DNA of 63,795 nucleotides, counting the filler, from Octopus bimaculoides (Eukaryota): the NCBI RefSeq assembly GCF_001194135.2. It is 9 parts of 9 records of this genome, joined end to end, with 100 filler letters (N's around TTAATTAATTAA, not from the genome) between each part and the next. Parts side by side here need not be neighbours in the genome. Positions count along the whole stretch, not along the records: positions 24,012 to 30,993 come from NC_068988.1; positions 31,094 to 36,223 come from NW_026330005.1; 7 more parts are not named here. The stretch is one strand, 5' to 3'. Positions 24,012-35,270 of the stretch are shown in pieces. The notes under the pieces are model-generated. The model worked only from the letters and a program-made list of their open reading frames with translations, was not told the DNA's origin and searched no databases. The translations under genes and the position numbers were made by a program. Numbering within the stretch: the first letter of the stretch is position 1; each line of letters begins with the position of its first letter.

Positions 24012-24680
24012 TACTGATACGAAACTCCTCTCCCCACCCTCTCGGAAAACATTTTCCCCACACATTTCTTTATAATCGTGATCTATGCTGTTTTAAAGAT
24101 ACTTGTATAAACTTTCATTAAAATATACCCATTCCTGGATGTTATGAGGGAAAAAAGTCGGATCGCGTGAATTTTCCGAAACTTCTCCACCCCCTCGGAA
24201 AAATTCTTTTCCATAAATCCCTACAAACTCTGAAGCCACAACATCTAACCGGTATTTGTAAAGAATTTCGTTAAAAAGTATCCATTTTTGTGGATGTTAT
24301 GAGGCAACAAAGTCGGGGGTGTATACGATTTTTTTCATTTCATGTTTATTTCATTCATTGTTTGGAATGTTTTCTCTCTCACACACATACTGCAAAGCTT
24401 ACAGACGGGCTACTGAATTGAAATCTCTATGTTGCTTTGAGGGGAAGGTAAAGCATAACAAAGTGCCCCCTCCGTAGTTGGGCTACCTTGATGATTGTTT
24501 AAAAAAGAGAGATTATGACTGTGATAAAATAATGAAAACATTTACTAAGAAAGTGAGCACTATTATACAAAGAGATTTTTAGACCTAAAATATAAAAATT
24601 ATTAAAATTGGGAATCAAATGTGAAAATATTATTAAGTGGCTAGTAGAAAACCGCCTGGAGGGCGGTCTTTCTGCCATTA
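24012..24680 (+). mobile_element. Non-autonomous Helitron-like repeat with ~158-bp internal duplication
   Basis: Subterminal hairpin ACCGCC-TGGAG-GGCGGT (~24649-24666) followed by CTTTCTG; the terminal CTAG is degenerate. Two internal units GAAACT.CTC...CTCGGAAAA...GGATGTTATGAGG..AAAGTCGG. Confidence 0.45.
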
Positions 24681-25074
24681 TGTCTAATCGCAGTGTGACG
24701 CATACATACCTTAAATAGGTTTCACTTCTTACATAAAACCTAATGTTAACCGCTTATCACATTGTGTTGTGCATGTTATAAAGTAAATATTTATCTTTTC
24801 TTCTAGATTGTCTTCTTTGTTTCCTAGTTGACTTATGTAACTCAGTTACAATACATATAAACAAACAGGCATACCTCACGCATTCATATCTATATATATT
24901 TATGCGTATGTATGTAAATTCCGCGCTGGTCCAAAAAGGCATTTAAACATCCATAAATTAGACAAGACAAGCAACATTGTACCGTTTGAGGTGAGACATA
25001 TTTGCACGGTTTGTAATGCAAATTTCAGACAGCTCTCGAGATTCAAAAGCCACTTACGTGCTCGTGCATGTTTT

Positions 25075-25960
25075 GGGGTTCAGCCCCACTGTGCGAAACT
25101 TTGATTATAGCCCCGGGCTGACCAATACATTGTGAGCGAAATTGGTAGAGAGAAACAAATCATCTTGTTAGTAAGAAATTGCAGAATACTCAATTGTCGT
25201 CTACGACAAGAGAATTAATGCGTATATATGTGTGTGTGTGCGTGTTTGTGAGTCTCTCTGTGTGTGTATGAGTTTCTGCATGTGCGTGAGTCTCCGGGTG
25301 TGTGTGTCTGAGTATTTGAGTCTTCGTGGTTTTATTTGTCTTCCATCACAGCTTAACAATAGGTTTTGGTTTATTTATGCTCCCGTAACTAAGTAGTTCA
25401 GCAAAAGATACCGATACTAACCTAAGAAAATACATACTGGGCTCGATTTGTTTGACTAAATCCTCTAAGGCGGTGCCCTAGCATGGCCGCAGTCCAATAA
25501 CTGAAACAAGCAAAACTTAAAAGAAGCGTTTAGGCGTGGCTGTATGGTAAGTAGTTTGCTTCCCAGCAACGTGGTTCTGGGTTCAGTCCCACTGCGTGGC
25601 ACCTTGGGCAAGTATCTTCTGCTATAGCCTCAGGCCGACCAAAGCCTTGTGAGTGGATTTGGTAGACGGAAACTGTGAGCGTGTGTGCGTGCGCGCACGC
25701 GTGTGTTCGCGTGTGTGTGCGTGAGCGTGCGTGTGTGTGCGCGTGTGTGTGTGTGTGTCTTTGTTAACCAACTATCACTTGGCAACCGATATTGGTTTGT
25801 TTAAGTCCCCGTAATTTAACGGTTCGGCAAAGAATCCAATAGAATAAATAATAGGCTTACAAAAAATAATTTCTGAAGTTGATTTCTGCGACTAAAATCC
25901 ATTTAAGGTGGTGCTCCAACATGGCTTCAATCAAATAACTAAAACAAATAACATAATAAC
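25075..25960 (+). mobile_element. Two tandem copies of tRNA-derived SINE family A (internal TG/TA microsatellite)
   Basis: Head GGCGTGGCTGTATGGTAAG...GGGTTCAGTCCCACTGCGTGGCACCTTGGGCAAG at 25533; body CCGACCAAAGCCTTGTGAGTGGATTTGGTAGACGGAAACTG; tail GGTGCTCCAACATGG...ACTAAAACAA. Confidence 0.85.
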
Positions 25961-26203
25961 AGAATTGTTTAGTTGTGAGAAATATTTTTCTTAATTTTTC
26001 ACTGTAGGGTCTAGAGTCCAATATAGGACTTGCAAGCGGGTAACATATTTAAAACCACTGCTGTTTTGGCACTTTATTTTCACATACTTTCTTCAATGTT
26101 TTGTTTATAACGCTTTTGGCCCTTTGGCAGATAACGAGAACGCAATATTTTCTCCATTAATTGTTAATTATTAATTATTTTCTTTTACTTTCTTTATTTT
26201 CAG

Positions 26204-26523
26204 CGGTGATCATACAAATTTTGTCCCGCGAGAAGGAAGGTGACAACTGGGTGAAATTTGCTGTCAATGTGTTATCTGTGATGAAGCGGTCAAAAACGAA
26301 TATCCATAGAGGTCGTTCGGTGATGTGGATCTCCAGAAGAGATTTAGGCTGCAAGTGTCCGAAGATACGCATCGGTAGACGACACATCCTACTGGGAAAT
26401 TCGGCTGGAGGCAATGAGAATGGCTACATCATCAACTCCCGTAGCATCATTCTGCGCTGGAAGAAAAGATGGCACAGAAGAATTCGCAAGTTTATTAAAT
26501 ATGACAATAGAAGGAAATGTTAA
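26204..26523 (+). CDS. netrin: Netrin (netrin-1/UNC-6-like), terminal coding exon encoding most of the NTR/C345C domain
   Basis: Polypyrimidine tract + CAG acceptor (26201-26203), phase 1. (A)VIIQILSREKEGDNWVKFAVNVLSVMKRSKTNIHRGRSVMWISRRDLGCKCPKIRIGRRHILLG...WKKRWHRRIRKFIKYDNRRKC* aligns by eye with the netrin-1 C-terminus (W.KF.VN..SV.K, RRG...LW...D..CKCPKI...YLLLG, W...W.RR.RKF). Confidence 0.93.
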
Positions 26524-28139
26524 CTTGAGAGATGATGTATGTATGTATGTATATATATATACATACATAATTATGCATATATATATACATATATATTTAT
26601 ACATATATATATACATACATACATACACAATCATGGCAGTAAATATAATAATATAAATATATAGAATAAAGACTGGAGAGTGCAAGATTATATATACATG
26701 CATGCATATATATATATATANNNNNNNNNNNNNNNNNNNNNNNNNNNNNNNNNNNNNNNNNNNNNNNNNNNNNNNNNNNNNNNNNNNNNNNNNNNNNNNN
26801 NNNNNNNNNNNNNNNNNNNNNNNNNNNNNNNNNNNNNNNNNNNNNNNNNNNNNNNNNNNNNNNNNNNNNNNNNNNNNNNNNNNNNNNNNNNNNNNNNNNN
26901 NNNNNNNNNNNNNNNNNNNNNNNNNNNNNNNNNNNNNNNNNNNNNNNNNNNNNNNNNNNNNNNNNNNNNNNNNNNNNNNNNNNNNNNNNNNNNNNNNNNN
27001 NNNNNNNNNNNNNNNNNNNNNNNNNNNNNNNNNNNNNNNNNNNNNNNNNNNNNNNNNNNNNNNNNNNNNNNNNNNNNNNNNNNNNNNNNNNNNNNNNNNN
27101 NNNNNNNNNNNNNNNNNNNNNNNNNNNNNNNNNNNNNNNNNNNNNNNNNNNNNNNNNNNNNNNNNNNNNNNNNNNNNNNNNNNNNNNNNNNNNNNNNNNN
27201 NNNNNNNNNNNNNNNNNNNNNNNNNNNNNNNNNNNNNNNNNNNNNNNNNNNNNNNNNNNNNNNNNNNNNNNNNNNNNNNNNNNNNNNNNNNNNNNNNNNN
27301 NNNNNNATATACATATGTTTATATATGTAGACGTACATGTATGCAGATACACATACATGCATACACGCAATGACACCGCTATAACGATATTTAACAATGC
27401 CACGCATACATTAACATATACATTATACACATATGTATATAATAAATAATAGCGACAACAACAACTACAACAGTACAATAAATACAAAAACAATAAATAC
27501 CTAAATACCTGAAAATACAACAAATAATAATATTAACAACAAACAAACCGACAACGATAAAAAACAAAAAATCTATATGGGCAAGAGATGTAAACGAGTA
27601 TATGGATCGACTTAACAGATTATATACAAAATGTGTTCAATACTCACCCTCACATTTATTACTTATTTGTACTCCTTGATCGAGATCGAATTTTATGTCA
27701 TAGAACTGTTATCTGGATAAGTTAGCTGGGGATGTAAAAGAGATTGGGAAGTATTTCTCCAGACAGGAAAACAACACATGCATGTAGCTGATACATAATT
27801 ACTTGCGGTAAAATATGCTGTTATTCAAAAATAAAATCATCATTTGTGGGTATAGGTTTGGCTAAGAAAAAGGGTGATAAAACTGAACTGTACTTTAGAA
27901 CAATACAACTATATAATTTATACAAGACAAATCATGAAATACTTCAGGTAGAAAGTAACGTAACTATGTAAAGTATAATGAATACAAACTAATGCACACA
28001 TATACATGAACACGTGTACACGCATACCCGCATACCCTTGCATACACTTACATATGTACACATACCCTCACCCAGACATATACGTATAAATATACACCGA
28101 TATAGCACCAATAACAACAGTTGTAGTAATAAGTGATAG

Positions 28140-28173
<34 letters not shown>

Positions 28174-28212
28174 TAATAATAATAATAACAACAATAATAA
28201 TAATAATAATAA

Positions 28213-28717
28213 CTGGAAGTCTTATCATGCACATTGTTTTGTCTTGGTATAAAAGATGGGGTACAGAAAATATTTTGGCTGAATACCACAGATTTGCTTG
28301 TCAGTTGTTTGAACTTAACCAGTTGAGCATGTCCCTTAGTGGCTGAGAATATGTGCATCTCTGATCACGAGCAGAAGTAGTGGGGAGCATCATAGCCATG
28401 TGTTGAGAGGAATTGTTTAGGGTTTGGATGATTCACCTTTGGGAACATGGGTGTTTCGTTCAACATCCTTAAACAACCCTTATTCTGGGACCCTTTGAGC
28501 GGGATGGGCTACTCAACCTGAAGAAAATTCTAACTGGGCTCCACCTGCGAGGTCATGCGCTGTTTATCTTGATATAAGATCACCATGTCGTGCACATATG
28601 GTTGTGATGCATGGGTCGGGTCTACCCTTATCAGACAGGTAGTCATGATGGGTATAATGGGCTTCGTATATTTTACCCCAGGGTCACTTTGATGGCATGC
28701 ACTGTTCTTTCACTCAA
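28213..28717. mobile_element. Unclassified ~505-bp interspersed repeat embedded in (TAA)n
   Basis: Complex, GC-richer block with (AAT)n arrays on both sides (~28140-28212 and ~28718-28760). No recognisable ORF. Confidence 0.55.
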
Positions 28718-28724
28718 TATTATT

Positions 28725-28760
<36 letters not shown>

Positions 28761-29484
28761 TGTGAAGAGATGAACAGCAAAATCGACCTCGGTGACATTG
28801 CAATTAGAATGTAAAGAGGCGGAAGAAATGCCGCTAAGCATTTTGTCCAGCATTTCGTCCGTCCTTTTGTTCTGAGATCAAATTCCGCCGAGGTTGACTT
28901 TACCTTTTATCCTTTCGGGGTTGATAAAATAAGTACCAGTTGAGAACTAGGAGCGATGAAATCCACTAGCCGTCTCACCCAAAATTTCAGTTATAATTAA
29001 TTGCAGGATGATTATGATTATAATAGTGATGTAAAAATAAAAAGATTCATACGATGTAAGGTGTCTAGGTTATAAAATGGGGTACAAAAAGGAAATGTGT
29101 ATAGACATATGTGATTGTATACGTCTGTTTAAAAGGCAAAGGGGTGCCGTTAATAGGATGTGAAATGCTGTGTGTGAATGTGCATGAGTCCGTGATTTTA
29201 TGCGTGTGCGAGACGTGCTGTCTGTCTCAGTATGCTGGGTGATAGTGAATAGGCAGTTTGTTTATCTGGTAAGTTGTTTATCTGTGCGATTCTTTGTTTT
29301 CACACACATACACACACATACAGACACACATATGTGCGCACACACATGCATATGAATATATATGTTTATATAGACATGCATTCATACATATATGCATAAA
29401 TATACGTGATTTACATACACATATTTATGCATATCTATATACAAGTATGTATATATATGTATATATATATATATATATATAAAC

Positions 29485-29525
<41 letters not shown>

Positions 29526-30202
29526 AAGATATATATACATACATATGTGGGTGAGTGTGCGTGTGAAAAAGTGGCCCTAAATGCAGAACTATAAACAATA
29601 CTGAAAGAGAGGAAGCATATATATATATATATACACANNNNNNNNNNNNNNNNNNNNNNNNNNNNNNNNNNNNNNNNNNNNNNNNNNNNNNNNNNNNNNN
29701 NNNNNNNNNNNNNNNNNNNNNNNNNNNNNNNNNNNNNNNNNNNNNNNNNNNNNNNNNNNNNNNNNNNNNNNNNNNNNNNNNNNNNNNNNNNNNNNNNNNN
29801 NNNNNNNNNNNNNNNNNNNNNNNNNNNNNNNNNNNNNNNNNNNNNNNNNNNNNNNNNNNNNNNNNNNNNNNNNNNNNNNNNNNNNNNNNNNNNNNNNNNN
29901 NNNNNNNNNNNNNNNNNNNNNNNNNNNNNNNNNNNNNNNNNNNNNNNNNNNNNNNNNNNNNNNNNNNNNNNNNNNNNNNNNNNNNNNNNNNNNNNNNNNN
30001 NNNNNNNNNNNNNNNNNNNNNNNNNNNNNNNNNNNNNNNNNNNNNNNNNNNNNNNNNNNNNNNNNNNNNNNNNNNNNNNNNNNNNNNNNNNNNNNNNNNN
30101 NNNNNNNNNNNNNNNNNNNNNNNNNNNNCAAATGTACATATATTTAAGAAACATACGCCTACGTATACATATTGTTTATTTAACATGCATGTATTTTATG
30201 TC

Positions 30203-30237
<35 letters not shown>

Positions 30238-30821
30238 CACACAAATGCACACTCACTCGCACGCCCAAACACACACGAATATGTACAAAGCAATATATAT
30301 CTGTGCATGTAAGACGTAATCCATTACAGTAGTCCACATATATGATATTTTATATGCATTTTGCAACAGATGCACTTGCATACATAAGTATGTGTGTGCA
30401 TGTGTGTTTATATAAATATATTTATGCACATGTTTAGGCGTACAATAAGTACATGAACATATATTATTTTTAAATCTCAGTGGATAAACACACATATACA
30501 TACCGCAAAAATATGATACACACACAACGCACGCACACACACACACACAACGCACGCACACACACACACACACATACATGCATACGTAATACTAATATGC
30601 GTGTTTAAACATACAGACAGGTACCTGTTGTGTTTACGTGAGCAAGAATAGACTAGTATATATATATATATATGTTTATAAGTGAGCATGTATGTGTGTG
30701 TATCTGTGTATGGGTGCGTGCGTGTGTTCAGATGCGAACACACGCCCGAGTTTGTGTGTATGCATGTGTGCTCGTGCGTATAAGTCAGCGTGTGCGCGTT
30801 CGTCTCTCTCTTTCCCTCTCT

Positions 30822-30865
<44 letters not shown>

Positions 30866-30950
30866 CATGTATATGTATATATATGTACATATAAATATGT
30901 ACATGTACATGTATATATACTTTTATATATACATATATACATATATACAC

Positions 30951-30993
<43 letters not shown>

Positions 30994-31093
30994 NNNNNNN
31001 NNNNNNNNNNNNNNNNNNNNNNNNNNNNNNNNNNNNNTTAATTAATTAANNNNNNNNNNNNNNNNNNNNNNNNNNNNNNNNNNNNNNNNNNNN

Positions 31094-31182
31094 TAGAAGA
31101 CACTTGCCCAAGGTGTCACACAATGGGACTGAACCCGGAACCAAGTGGTTTGTAAACAAGCTACTTACCACACAGCCATGCC
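31094..31182 (-). mobile_element. SINE family A head fragment
   Basis: Reverse complement of the 25533 head. Other family A copies: 36420-36570 (+), 38680-38990 (-), 39790-40100 (-), 56310-56490 (-), 58545-59040 (+), 62915-63085 (-), 63275-63435 (-). Confidence 0.8.
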
Positions 31183-31974
31183 TTCTGTACCCTGTTTAGC
31201 ATTTTGTCCATGTTTTTTTGCAACGTCATGTACCCAGATATGCATCTATATATACATGTAGATGAAGGTATGTACATACATGTACATATATATGCATATA
31301 CTCATATATTATTTGTATTAGACGATCGAACGCACACGTTACCCTTGCAAGTAAGTTTTGAACTTTATTTTTCTGACACGACTCTTTCTATCTTTGTATC
31401 TATCTCCCCCTCTCATTCTTCCTTCTACTGTTCTTCACCTCTCCCCTTCACTACTATATATCTCTCTCTCTCTGTCTCTCGTTGCTCACTTATATTCTAC
31501 TTCCTCCCCTTTTTTTCCCTCTATCACTCTTTCTCCTTACCCCTCACTGGTCACATGTGCCCAGTCACTCACTCTTTTCATATTTTGGTCTCCCCAAGCT
31601 CGCACATACATTTTCGTCCTTCCAGTTCGTGCTTCATAGCGTTCAATATGTGTGTTTCTTTCACTGTTTCGTTTTCCTGTCTTGTTTTCCGTCCGCCACT
31701 ATCCTCCATGGAACAAATTTAATTTGTGTCCGTGGGAAGAGCCATTTTAACGATGCGTCCTGCCCTAACTCTTCGAAACGCCAGTGTTATAATGGTGGCA
31801 GCTGATGAAGGAAATGTTCTCTCTGTGGCCTGTGTGTTTTCTGTACCCTGTTTAGCATTTTGTCCATGTTGTTTTGCAATGTCATGTACCCAGATATACA
31901 TCTATATATACATGTTGATGAAGGTATATACATACATGTACATATATATGCATATACTCATATATTATTTGTAT
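31183..31974 (+). repeat. 656-bp unit bounded by 136-bp direct repeats (31183-31318 and 31839-31974)
   Basis: TTCTGTACCCTGTTTAGCATTTTGTCCATG...CTCATATATTATTTGTAT occurs twice with few mismatches; the second copy runs into (TA)n. Confidence 0.85.
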
Positions 31975-33639
31975 ATATATATATATATATATATATATNN
32001 NNNNNNNNNNNNNNNNNNNNNNNNNNNNNNNNNNNNNNNNNNNNNNNNNNNNNNNNNNNNNNNNNNNNNNNNNNNNNNNNNNNNNNNNNNNNNNNNNNNN
32101 NNNNNNNNNNNNNNNNNNNNNNNNNNNNNNNNNNNNNNNNNNNNNNNNNNNNNNNNNNNNNNNNNNNNNNNNNNNNNNNNNNNNNNNNNNNNNNNNNNNN
32201 NNNNNNNNNNNNNNNNNNNNNNNNNNNNNNNNNNNNNNNNNNNNNNNNNNNNNNNNNNNNNNNNNNNNNNNNNNNNNNNNNNNNNNNNNNNNNNNNNNNN
32301 NNNNNNNNNNNNNNNNNNNNNNNNNNNNNNNNNNNNNNNNNNNNNNNNNNNNNNNNNNNNNNNNNNNNNNNNNNNNNNNNNNNNNNNNNNNNNNNNNNNN
32401 NNNNNNNNNNNNNNNNNNNNNNNNNNNNNNNNNNNNNNNNNNNNNNNNNNNNNNNNNNNNNNNNNNNNNNNNNNNNNNNNNNNNNNNNNNNNNNNNNNNN
32501 NNNNNNNNNNNNNNNNNNNNNNNNNNNNNNNNNNNNNNNNNNNNNNNNNNNNNNNNNNNNNNNNNNNNNNNNNNNNNNNNNNNNNNNNNNNNNNNNNNNN
32601 NNNNNNNNNNNNNNNNNNNNNNNNNNNNNNNNNNNNNNNNNNNNNNNNNNNNNNNNNNNNNNNNNNNNNNNNNNNNNNNNNNNNNNNNNNNNNNNNNNNN
32701 NNNNNNNNNNNNNNNNNNNNNNNNNNNNNNNNNNNNNNNNNNNNNNNNNNNNNNNNNNNNNNNNNNNNNNNNNNNNNNNNNNNNNNNNNNNNNNNNNNNN
32801 NNNNNNNNNNNNNNNNNNNNNNNNNNNNNNNNNNNNNNNNNNNNNNNNNNNNNNNNCACTAAGGAAAAAAAAATAAAAATCGGATTTTTTTTTTGTATGG
32901 AATCAAGTATCCTGACCTAATATGCTGCAAATCCCTTATTTTCGTTCGGAAAAAACAGGGTGGGGCGAGGGAGGACTCCCCCATCCTGGAATCATTGGGA
33001 ATTTTTTTCGTTGAATGAATTCCTGTGACCTCCTAATATGCTACAAAACCCTTTTTGGTATTCGAAAAACAGGATGGGGTGAGGTGGAAGCCTTGGAAAT
33101 TATACCCACACCCAACATTTCACAAATAAATTTTCCAGAGTGTGAATTACATGGTTCGTTATTAAATATATATATATATAGTAGAGAATGTGACATTTAT
33201 ATTGTGTGTGTATATTTATATATATGTATATCATAGCGTGCAAACCTTCTATGCAACCTTCTCCAATGCATATCTTCAATGCAGCCTTGACCAATAGTAC
33301 CCCTTAGAGGCATTAGGACTAGATCGAGACTAGTTGCTGCCTTTTAGAGGCTCCCAAGCCTCCTATTGCTAGGTTAGCTTAGGCTTAGGCTAAGGCTTAG
33401 TTGTGATCCGAACATACCCTCTTCTGACACAGAGGATCGGAAACCCTTTTGGGCGTTATATTTCCCTTGCTGAAAGGTCTCCCAACCCATGGGTCAAAGG
33501 GGTGTTAGATGATTGGGGGTTTCGAAAGGGCTGGCATGTGCAACCTGATCACCTCTGCTGGACAAACTCCCAACCCATGTGTTCCCATCACGAACTGATT
33601 CTGCAGAACTGGGTTGGGTGTGAAAACCAACTTTAAAGT

Positions 33640-34128
33640 ATAAATATAGATTTTTTTTGAATCAGCAATGTTGTGTTTGGTTAAGTCCTATTTGGGGTGA
33701 AAAATCAATAAACTGATTCCTTATGGGGTTTTCCATTCAATCAGGATGGAAAATCAATAAACCGATTCCTTATAGGATTTCCCACTAAGATTGACTACAC
33801 CCCATTTTCAACCATAACTTTTACCAATTTTGACGTATTTTGTTGAAACTTGATGCTGGTGTTACTTAGGACTCATGGGATCTTTGAATGCTTTAAGTTC
33901 TCCAAAACAAAAGAACAACAACTGATAAGTGGAAAAATCGATACACTGATTCCTTATGGGATTTCCAATCAAATTGTCTGTAACCCATTTTCAGCCAAAC
34001 GTTTACCAATTTCAACAGATTTCACTCATATTTCACGTCAGTGTTACTTAGTTTGGTTTGAAACAAAGCGCTTGATTAGCTTAATAATCCTAACTTGATC
34101 CTGGGCAATGCCGGGCTATACAGCCTGG
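33640..34128 (+). mobile_element. Non-autonomous Helitron-like repeat, second copy, with three ~28-bp subrepeats
   Basis: Aligns to 100-294. Hairpin CCTGGGCAATGCCGGG at 34100-34115. Subrepeat AAAATCAATAAACTGATTCCTTATGGG at ~33701, ~33750 and ~33933. Confidence 0.55.
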
Positions 34129-34138
34129 CTATACATGT

Positions 34139-34190
<52 letters not shown>

Positions 34191-34675
34191 ATATATCTAT
34201 GTATATTTATTTATTTATTTATTTATATACAAATGTATGTATGTATGTGTCTATGTATATGTATGTGTATGTGTGTGTATATATGTGTGCATGTATGTAT
34301 ATATATGTGTACATATATACATATGTATATGAACTTGTATATGTATGTATATGAACTTGTGTATATATATATATATACTTATAGTCATTTATGTCAACAC
34401 TGCTTGTATAAATGCAAGATTAATTCCCCTTTGTGGTGCAATTATACATAAAACACTCTTCTCCCATTTTTATCGGGTTTTAAATCATTTTATTAACTTC
34501 CCATTCTAAATTCTAATTTTCTTTTTTTTCCTTCTTTTCTTCCCTCCTTATCCAACATACTGTCTCGTAGCGTTGCAGTTTCCAACGGTTTTTTCAAATA
34601 AGATATGTAGCAATCTTCTCTACCTGCAGTTGTCACATTTGGTTAAAATGTCTTACGGTTAAGTTGGATCCTATG

Positions 34676-34767
34676 TATTTCCCTGAAGAGAAGATTACAT
34701 CTTTATCAACATCACTCATTCCTTTGGAAGGAACCATTTGTAATCTTCGAAACATATGTCGGAAATA
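34676..34767 (+). ncRNA. Type I hammerhead ribozyme, family B (canonical core)
   Basis: Stem I TATTTCC/GGAAATA (7 bp); CTGAAGA 34683-34689; stem II GAAGATTACA/TGTAATCTTC (10 bp, G-C first pair); GAAA 34749-34752; stem III within the perfect palindrome ACATATGT; GUC triplet 34758-34760. Confidence 0.9.
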
Positions 34768-35178
34768 AAAGAATTCATTTAACATATGCGTATTACTCCA
34801 TTTATTAAATTTTTATATTTACTCAAATGCCCAAAATAACAGGGAATTTCTACCTCATAAACAGAAGTTACACCACAGTTATTTTGTGATCTTTGGTACC
34901 CTGGTATCTATTAACCAATTTGTTTTGTCGGAGAAAATAAAGACATATATATATATTTTATTATAAGTATATTTGATTATATGTATTTATTTTCTCTTAG
35001 TTAACAATTAACTCCAACAAAACAAATTGGTTAATAGATACCAGGGTAGCAAAGATCACAAAATAACTGTGGTGTAACTCCAGTTTACGAGGTAGAAACT
35101 CCCTGTTAATTTGGGGTATTTTGAGTAAATATGAAATTTAATAAATGGAGTAATGCGCATATGTTAAATGAATTCTTT

Positions 35179-35270
35179 TATTTCCGACATATGCTTCGAA
35201 GATTACAAATGGTTCCTTCCAAAGGAATGAGTGATGTTGATAAAGATGTAATCTTCTCTTCAGGGAAATT
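35179..35270 (-). ncRNA. Type I hammerhead ribozyme, family B, with A15.1->G substitution (probably impaired)
   Basis: Same fold on the minus strand but reads GAAG-CATATG-TC instead of GAAA (C at + position 35194). Confidence 0.75.

Noticed and set aside
26175-26414. Minus-strand 79-aa ORF MPPAEFPSRM...
   Set aside because: Antisense shadow of the netrin exon.
27733-27770. TGTAAAAGAGATTGG (CKRDW) resembling the netrin CK(K/R)DY exon end
   Set aside because: Lies downstream of the stop codon, has W rather than Y, and no donor site follows.
31802-31830. CTGATGA-AG-GAAA as a stem-II-less hammerhead
   Set aside because: No register gives both an NUH triplet and a credible stem I.
33379-33400. 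TTAGGC-like run as telomeric sequence
   Set aside because: Only about three imperfect units, and not the TTAGGG repeat expected in molluscs.
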